In this document: piece after piece, positions 58,255 through 64,000 of the stretch
Position numbering within the stretch: the first letter of the stretch is position 1
How the letters are laid out: each line of letters begins with the position of its first letter
NCBI RefSeq assembly: GCF_046296455.1
Contig: NZ_JBKBLF010000004.1
Location: forward strand, 77,167-141,166
From: Microcella sp.
GTDB taxonomy: Bacteria; Actinomycetota; Actinomycetes; Actinomycetales; Microbacteriaceae
Direction: 5' to 3'
DNA: 64,000 nucleotides
Made by a program: the position numbers and the translations under genes
Notes under the pieces: model-generated
Database searches by the model: none
Told to the model about the DNA's origin: nothing
What the model saw: the letters and a program-made list of their open reading frames with translations, nothing else

Positions 58255-59991
58255 CTACTTGATCTTGTCGTCGTCGATGTCGAGCACGGGGGCGTCGGGG
58301 GCGTCTTTGAACGGCCCGATGCCGAGCGGGATGCTCGCCTCGGGGTGATTCAGATCGAACGCCGGCGACTCCGAGCGGATGCGCGGGATCGAGGTGAAGT
58401 TGTGGCGCGGCGGCGGGCACGAGGTGGCCCACTCGAGCGAGCGGCCGTAACCCCACGGGTCGTTCACCGTCACGAGCGGCGCCGTGCGGGCCGTGATGTA
58501 GACGTTGAGCAGGAACGGGACCATCGACGCGGCCAGCAGGATCGAGCCGAAGGTCGAGAGCTGGTTCATCCACGTGAAGCCGTCTTCGACGAGGTACGTG
58601 GCGTACCGCCGCGGCATGCCGACCACCCCGAGCCAGTGCTGCACGAGGAAGGTGGCGTGGAAGCCGATGAAGAGCGTCCAGAAGTGGATCATGCCGAGAC
58701 GCTCGTTGAGCATCTTGCCGGTCCACTTCGGCCACCAGAAGTAGAAGCCCGCGAACATCGCGAAGACGACGGTGCCGAAGACCACGTAGTGGAAGTGGGC
58801 GACGACGAAGTACGAGTCGGAGACCGCGAAGTCGAGCGGCGGTGAGGCGAGGATCACGCCCGTGAGGCCGCCGAAGACGAAGGTGATGAGAAAGCCGAGG
58901 GTGAAGACCATGGGCGTCTCGAAGGTCACCGAGCCGCGCCACATCGTGCCGATCCAGTTGAAGATCTTCACGCCTGTCGGCACCGCGATGAGCATCGTCA
59001 TGAGGGCGAAGAACGGCAGCAGCACCGATCCGGTCACGTACATGTGGTGCGCCCACACGGTCATCGAGAGCGCAGCGATCGCGATCGTCGCGTACACGAG
59101 GGTCTTATACCCGAAGATCGGCTTGCGGCTGAACACCGGGATGATCTCCGACACGATGCCGAAGAACGGCAGGGCCAGGATGTACACCTCGGGGTGCCCG
59201 AAGAACCAGAACAGGTGCTGCCAGAGGATCGCGCCGCCGGTCGCCGCGTCGAACACGTGCGACCCGAACATGCGGTCGGAGCCGAGGGCGAAGAGCGAGG
59301 CCGCGAGCACGGGGAAGGCCATGAGCACGAGCAGCGAGGTCACGAGCGTGTTCCACGTGAAGATCGGCATGCGCCACATCGTCATGCCCGGGGCGCGCAT
59401 CGTGATGATGGTGGTGATGAAGTTCACGGCGCCGAGGATGGTACCGAAACCGCTCAGCGTGAGGCCGAAGACCCACATATTGCCGCCGAGCCCTGGTGTG
59501 AAGGTCTGACTCGAGAGTGGCGCGTAGGCGAACCAGCCGAACGAGGCCGCCCCCTGCGGGGTGAGGAAGCCGGCCACCGCGATGAGCGAGCCGAAGGAGT
59601 AGAGCCAGTACGCGAAGGCGTTGAGGCGCGGGAACGCCACGTCGGGCGCACCGATCTGCAGCGGCATGAGCACGTTCGCGAAGCCCGCGAAGAGCGGCGT
59701 CGCGAACATGAGCAGCATGATCGTGCCGTGCATCGTGAAGAGCTGGTTGTACTGCTCTTTCGTCGCGACGATCTCGAGGCCCGGCGCGAAGAGCTGCGCG
59801 CGGATGACGAGGGCCATGACGCCGCCGATGAGGAAGTACACGAACGACGTGATCAGGTACATGTACCCGATGGTCTTGTGGTCGGTCGTCGTGATCCACC
59901 CGACGAACACGTTGCCCTTGCGGCGGACGGTCGGCGAGACGTGCTCGGGCGCGGGGCCCGAGACACTCGGACGAGGTGCGGTCGTGGTCAT
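58255..59991 (-). CDS. ctaD: Cytochrome c oxidase subunit I
   Basis: Track ORF 58255..60138 trimmed to ATG 59991. [15 protein letters not shown] and the [11 protein letters not shown] haem-copper motif. Confidence 0.95.
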   Translation of the reverse strand: MTTTAPRPSVSGPAPEHVSPTVRRKGNVFVGWITTTDHKTIGYMYLITSFVYFLIGGVMALVIRAQLFAPGLEIVATKEQYNQLFTMHGTIMLLMFATPLFAGFANVLMPLQIGAPDVAFPRLNAFAYWLYSFGSLIAVAGFLTPQGAASFGWFAYAPLSSQTFTPGLGGNMWVFGLTLSGFGTILGAVNFITTIITMRAPGMTMWRMPIFTWNTLVTSLLVLMAFPVLAASLFALGSDRMFGSHVFDAATGGAILWQHLFWFFGHPEVYILALPFFGIVSEIIPVFSRKPIFGYKTLVYATIAIAALSMTVWAHHMYVTGSVLLPFFALMTMLIAVPTGVKIFNWIGTMWRGSVTFETPMVFTLGFLITFVFGGLTGVILASPPLDFAVSDSYFVVAHFHYVVFGTVVFAMFAGFYFWWPKWTGKMLNERLGMIHFWTLFIGFHATFLVQHWLGVVGMPRRYATYLVEDGFTWMNQLSTFGSILLAASMVPFLLNVYITARTAPLVTVNDPWGYGRSLEWATSCPPPRHNFTSIPRIRSESPAFDLNHPEASIPLGIGPFKDAPDAPVLDIDDDKIK

Positions 59992-59998
59992 GAGCCGC

Positions 59999-60862
59999 TT
60001 ACTCCTCTTCGGTTGCGCCGGTGGTGCCCGGCAGGTTCGTGTTCGTGTTGAACTCGGGTCCGAGGCGGCCGACGTTGCCCTCGGCACGCAGCGACTCGAT
60101 GTACTCGTCGTACTCGGCCTGCGAGACGACCTCGACATTGAAGAGCATCAGCGAGTGGTACTCGCCGCACAGCTCGGCGCACTTGCCGGTGTACGAGCCC
60201 TCTTTCTCGGGGATGAAGTACCAGTAGTTGGTCTTGCCCGGGATCATGTCCTTCTTGTAGAGGAAGTCGATGATCCAGAACGAGTGGATGACGTCGCGCG
60301 ACTCGATCCGGATCTCGACCTTCTGGCCGACCGGCAGGTAGAGCGTCGGAAGGCTCTCGGGGTCGATGGTGTTGTTCGGCCCGGTCTCTTGCGCCTGGAT
60401 TCCCGCGTAGTACACGTCGTCGGTGATGTAGTTGAAGTCCCACGCCCAGCGCTTGCCGTAGACCTCGATGACGGTGTCGGGCTCGGCGAGCGGAGCCTCG
60501 ATCTCGGCCTGGTCGCGCGCGGTGAAGGCGAAGAAGCCGAGCACGAGGATGAGCGGCACGATCGTGTAGAAGACCTCGATCGGCATGTTGTAGCGCAGCT
60601 GCGCCGGCAGGCCCGTCTGTCCGCGACGGCGGCGGTAGACGATCGCGGCCCAGATGATGAGCCCCCACGTGATGACGCCCACGACGAGCAGCACGATCCA
60701 CGAGGTGACCCAGAGACCGATGACGCGGTCGACCTGGTTCGTGGTGCCGGGTTCGGTCGGCAGCCAGCCGAGCTGCATCTGCGTGGTGCAGCCCGCGAGG
60801 GCGACCGTGGTGACGAGGGCGAGCGGGATCGCCGTCAATCGAAGACGTCGGTTGGAACGCAC
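59999..60862 (-). CDS. ctaC: Cytochrome c oxidase subunit II
   Basis: Lipoprotein-like signal (LAGC) and the CuA motif HSFWI...CAELCGEYH. Confidence 0.93.
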   Translation of the reverse strand: MRSNRRLRLTAIPLALVTTVALAGCTTQMQLGWLPTEPGTTNQVDRVIGLWVTSWIVLLVVGVITWGLIIWAAIVYRRRRGQTGLPAQLRYNMPIEVFYTIVPLILVLGFFAFTARDQAEIEAPLAEPDTVIEVYGKRWAWDFNYITDDVYYAGIQAQETGPNNTIDPESLPTLYLPVGQKVEIRIESRDVIHSFWIIDFLYKKDMIPGKTNYWYFIPEKEGSYTGKCAELCGEYHSLMLFNVEVVSQAEYDEYIESLRAEGNVGRLGPEFNTNTNLPGTTGATEEE

Positions 60863-60996
60863 CGGAGACCTCTCGTGGCGGGGGCGGGGAACACTCGTCA
60901 GTCTACGTCACGGCCGGGCGGCCGACGGCCCCGCGACGCTCCGAAAGCTCTGCCAATCACGACGGATTCCGTGGCCCTGAGGCGCGTTCGCGCGCG

Positions 60997-61025
60997 AAAA
61001 AGGGGCCCGCCGTCGAGCGGGCCCC
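60997..61025 (-). terminator. Intrinsic terminator after erpA
   Basis: The minus strand reads GGGGCCCGC-TCGACG-GCGGGCCCC followed by TTTTT, about 30 nt after the erpA stop. Confidence 0.8.
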
Positions 61026-61053
61026 TCTCGCGCGGCCGGACGGCCGATCAGGC

Positions 61054-61419
61054 TCAGTGAAAGCTGTCTCCGCAGGCGCAGCTGCCGCCCGCGTTCGGGT
61101 TGTCGATCGTGAAGCCCTGCTTCTGGATCGTGTCTTCGAAGTCGATCGAGGCGCCGTCGAGGTAGGGCACGCTCATCTTGTCGACGACCACCTCGACGCC
61201 GTCGAAGTCGCGCAGCGCGTCGCCGTCGAGCATGCGCTCGTCGAAGTAGAGCTGGTAGATGAGGCCCGAGCAGCCACCGGGCTGCACGGCGAGGCGCAGA
61301 CGCAGGTCGTCGCGGCCCTCCTGCTCGAGCAGCGAGCGCACCTTGGCCGCGGCGGCCTCGGTGAGGCTGACACCGTGAGCCGTGTCGGTGCCGGTCGTCG
61401 TGAGTGCAGTGTCGGTCAT
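61054..61419 (-). CDS. erpA: HesB/IscA family iron-sulfur cluster insertion protein
   Basis: Track ORF 61054..61731 trimmed to ATG 61419. GGCSG and C-terminal CACGDSF cysteine motifs. Confidence 0.9.
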   Translation of the reverse strand: MTDTALTTTGTDTAHGVSLTEAAAAKVRSLLEQEGRDDLRLRLAVQPGGCSGLIYQLYFDERMLDGDALRDFDGVEVVVDKMSVPYLDGASIDFEDTIQKQGFTIDNPNAGGSCACGDSFH

Positions 61420-61451
61420 GGTGACTCCTCGCGTGGGTCGATCTCTCGCTG

Positions 61452-62888
61452 TCAGTGTACGTCGTGACCCTGAGCGCGCGCGCGACGCTGGATGCGCGTC
61501 ACGAGCACGGCCTCGGTGAGGATCGCGCGCTGGAACACCCCGAGGTGCAGCGACTCGTCGGGGCTGTGAGCACGCGTGTGCGGGTCTTCGACTCCTGTCA
61601 CGAGCACCTGCGCCTCGGGAAACGTCTCGGCGAGCTGGGCGATGAACGGGATCGAGCCGCCGACGCCGACCTGCTGGGGCTCCGTCCCCCAGGCCTCCTC
61701 CATCGCGGCGAGGGCTTCGTCGACGGCCCAACCGCTTGTATCGACGAGGAACGGCGCACCCAGGTCGATGCTCGCGAACGCGAGGTGGGCGCCGAAGGGC
61801 GCGTGGGCGCGCAGGTGCCGTTCGATCGCCGCGAAGGCCTCGTCGGGCGCTTGCCCGGGGGCGATGCGCGCACTGATCTTGACGGTGATCGAGGGGGCGA
61901 GCGTGTTCGAGGCGTTCTGCACACTCGGCGCATCGATGCCCGTCACGGTGATGGCGGGCTGCGCCCAGAGTCGGTGCAGCAGCTCGCCGCGGCCGATCGT
62001 CGACACCCCGTCGAGCAGCCCCGCCTCGTCACGCACGCGCTGCTCCGGGATGCTCGGCACCCGCTGATCGTGCGACCGCAGCCCCGCGACCGCGACCGCG
62101 CCGTCGGCGTCGTGCAGGGTCGCGAGCAGCGCGATCGTCGCGAGCATGGCATCCGGAACAGCGCCCCCGAGCATGCCGGAGTGCGAGGCGTGCTCGAGCG
62201 TGGAGACGGTGAGGCTGAAGGTGGCGTTGCCGCGTAGTCCGACGGTGAGCGAGGGCGTGTCGATGCTCCAGTTGTCGGAGTCGGCGACGACGATGACGTC
62301 GGCGGCGAGCAGGTCGCGGTGCCGCTCGAGCAGCGCCCCGAACGAGCGCGAGCCGAACTCCTCCTCGCCCTCGATGAAGACCACCAGCCCGACCTCGGGC
62401 TCGCCCGCGGCGTTGACGAGCGCGCGGATCGCCGCGACGTGCGTCATGACGCCTGCCTTGTCGTCGGCGACACCACGGCCGTAGAGGCGGTCGCCCCGCA
62501 GCGTCGGCTCGAAGGGGGGCGAGCTCCAGTCGGACTCGGCCCCGGGCGGCTGCACATCGTGGTGCGCGTACAGCAGCACGGTGGCCGCGCCGGGCGCCGC
62601 AGCGCGGCGCGCGAGCACCGCGGGCTGCCCGAGGGTGCCGTCAGGGGCGGGGGCGCGGTCGACCAGCACCTCGTCGAAGACGCCGAGCTCGCGCAGCAGG
62701 TCGGCCGTGCGGTCGGCCGACGCCTGCACGTGCCCGGGATCGAAGCCGTCCCACGACACCGAGGGGATGCGCACGAGCTCGCTGAGCTCGGCGATGGCGC
62801 GGGGAAGGCCGTGCTGAACGCTCGCGCGCAGCGCCGCGAGGGTCTCGGGGGCGAGCGGCGCAGGGGCGGAGCGTTCGGCAGGCGTCAT
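61452..62888 (-). CDS. M20 family dipeptidase
   Basis: ATG 62888 chosen within track ORF 61452..62915. HHDVQP, GRGVADDK and EGEEEFGS motifs. Confidence 0.85.
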   Translation of the reverse strand: MTPAERSAPAPLAPETLAALRASVQHGLPRAIAELSELVRIPSVSWDGFDPGHVQASADRTADLLRELGVFDEVLVDRAPAPDGTLGQPAVLARRAAAPGAATVLLYAHHDVQPPGAESDWSSPPFEPTLRGDRLYGRGVADDKAGVMTHVAAIRALVNAAGEPEVGLVVFIEGEEEFGSRSFGALLERHRDLLAADVIVVADSDNWSIDTPSLTVGLRGNATFSLTVSTLEHASHSGMLGGAVPDAMLATIALLATLHDADGAVAVAGLRSHDQRVPSIPEQRVRDEAGLLDGVSTIGRGELLHRLWAQPAITVTGIDAPSVQNASNTLAPSITVKISARIAPGQAPDEAFAAIERHLRAHAPFGAHLAFASIDLGAPFLVDTSGWAVDEALAAMEEAWGTEPQQVGVGGSIPFIAQLAETFPEAQVLVTGVEDPHTRAHSPDESLHLGVFQRAILTEAVLVTRIQRRARAQGHDVH

Positions 62889-62932
62889 GCCGGTAATCTT
62901 AAGGCTCTGCATCAACGGAAGGATGTGCCGCC

Positions 62933-63532
62933 GTGGCCGCCCGCGACAACGCCAACCCCGCCCCCAGCGCCGCCGAGCAGGCCAGCGCCGAGGCGATCGC
63001 CACTGCCGAGGCCATCGCGGCCGGCAAAGGCCGCCCCACGCCCACGCGCAAAGAGCGCGAGGCCGCGCGCAAGCGCCCCCTCGTGCCCAACGACCGCAAG
63101 CAGGCCGCGCGCGAGCACCGCGAGAAGATGAACGCCGCGCGCGAGCGCGCGCGCATCGGCATGGCGAACGGCGAAGAGAAGTACCTGCCGCAGCGCGACC
63201 GCGGGCCGCAGAAGAAGTGGGTGCGCGACTACGTCGACGCCCGCATCAGCATCGGCGAGTTCCTCATCCCCGTGATGTTCGTCGTCATCATCCTGACCTT
63301 CATCCCCTCGGTCGAGGCGCAGACGATCTCGATCCTCGCCCTGTGGGCCTTCTTCCTCGTCGCCGTGCTCGACTCGACGCTGCTGGGCTTCATCGTGCAC
63401 CGCAAGCTCGTCAAGAAGCACGGCGCCGACAAGGTCGAGAAGGTGCGCTGGTACGCGGCGATGCGCTCGCTGCAGCTGCGCATCCTTCGCCTGCCGAAGC
63501 CGCAGGTCAAGCGCGGCCAGTTCCCCGACTGA
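62933..63532 (+). CDS. DUF3043 domain-containing protein
   Basis: Basic N-terminus (GKGRPTPTRKEREAARKRPL) and two C-terminal TM segments, typical of DUF3043. Confidence 0.8.
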   Translation: MAARDNANPAPSAAEQASAEAIATAEAIAAGKGRPTPTRKEREAARKRPLVPNDRKQAAREHREKMNAARERARIGMANGEEKYLPQRDRGPQKKWVRDYVDARISIGEFLIPVMFVVIILTFIPSVEAQTISILALWAFFLVAVLDSTLLGFIVHRKLVKKHGADKVEKVRWYAAMRSLQLRILRLPKPQVKRGQFPD

Positions 63533-63535
63533 ATC

Positions 63536-63553
63536 GGCTGACGGCCGTCAGCC
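63536..63553. terminator. Perfect 18-nt palindrome GGCTGACGGCCGTCAGCC between convergent genes
   Basis: 7-bp stem, 4-nt loop. Spans the pyrD stop codon and lies 4 nt after the DUF3043 stop. No U-tract. Confidence 0.35.
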
Positions 63554-64000
63554 GCGGGTGCGCCGGATGCGCGCGAGCCCGCGCGTGACCTGGCGTGCCC
63601 AGAGCGGCCCGCGGTACAGGAAGGCGGTGTAGCCCTGCACGAGCGTCGCCCCGGCGGCGAGCCGCTCGGCGGCGTCGTCGGCCGTATCGATGCCCCCCAC
63701 ACTGATGACACAGAACTCTTCGGGCACGGCCGCACGCACGCGGCGCAAGACCTCGAGGGAACGCGCTTTCAGCGGTGCGCCGCTCAGCCCGCCGGCACCG
63801 GCCGCCTCGACCTCTGCCGGTGCAGCGAGCAAGCCCTCGCGGCTGATGGTGGTGTTTGTGGCGATGATGCCGTCGAGTCCGTGCTTCAGCGCGAGCGCGC
63901 ACACCGCATCGATCGCCTCGTCATCGAGATCGGGAGCGATCTTGACGAGCACGGGGCACGATCCGGCTTCTTCGAGCACGGCCACGATGAGGGGTCGCAG
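63548..64000 (-). CDS. pyrD: Dihydroorotate dehydrogenase (quinone), C-terminal part; 5' end lies beyond the window
   Basis: LVKIAPDL, IIATNTT and GGLSGAPL motifs of class 2 DHODH. The frame is open to the right edge. Confidence 0.88.
   Translation of the reverse strand: MRPLIVAVLEEAGSCPVLVKIAPDLDDEAIDAVCALALKHGLDGIIATNTTISREGLLAAPAEVEAAGAGGLSGAPLKARSLEVLRRVRAAVPEEFCVISVGGIDTADDAAERLAAGATLVQGYTAFLYRGPLWARQVTRGLARIRRTRG

Overview
High-GC (about 70% by eye) actinobacterial chromosome segment. Gene content and synteny look like core genome of a Micrococcales/Microbacteriaceae-type organism. I call about 65 protein genes, one tRNA-Leu(GAG), one riboswitch, several operator/promoter motifs and a few intrinsic terminators.

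Gene blocks, left to right:
- LacI-controlled GH42 beta-galactosidase / sugar ABC operon.
- DNA-damage block: dinB, an SF2 helicase, and imuA'-imuB-dnaE2.
- ECF sigma pair, a FolC-like ligase and uppP.
- Remnant of the Pup-proteasome neighbourhood: PAC2, trmI, FKBP, pafB, pafC, tatA, tatC, helY.
- lnt-ppm1, rbpA and an SPFH/NfeD pair.
- terC behind a yybP-ykoY Mn riboswitch.
- A lower-GC patch of orphan or DUF genes.
- Respiratory cluster: trpD, ctaE, qcrCAB and ctaCDF.
- erpA and a partial pyrD.

I saw no rRNA, CRISPR array, transposase, integrase or recognisable defence operon, and no clear multi-gene novel system.

Observations most worth follow-up:
1. Two direct copies of an unrecognised 101-nt hairpin element bracket a low-GC two-TM micro-gene (28.15-28.80 kb).
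2. PafBC/RecA-NDp-type promoter motifs sit upstream of the SF2 helicase. One is also fused with a perfect LexA box upstream of imuA'.
3. arc-dop-pup-prcBA-pafA appear cleanly absent from an otherwise syntenic locus.
4. A lower-GC patch at 45.7-48.0 kb holds a 411-aa orphan whose first ~30 codons resemble the N-terminus of the nearby NUDIX gene.

Many long ORFs in the six-frame track are high-GC antisense artefacts and were not called. All start codons were chosen by eye and remain provisional.
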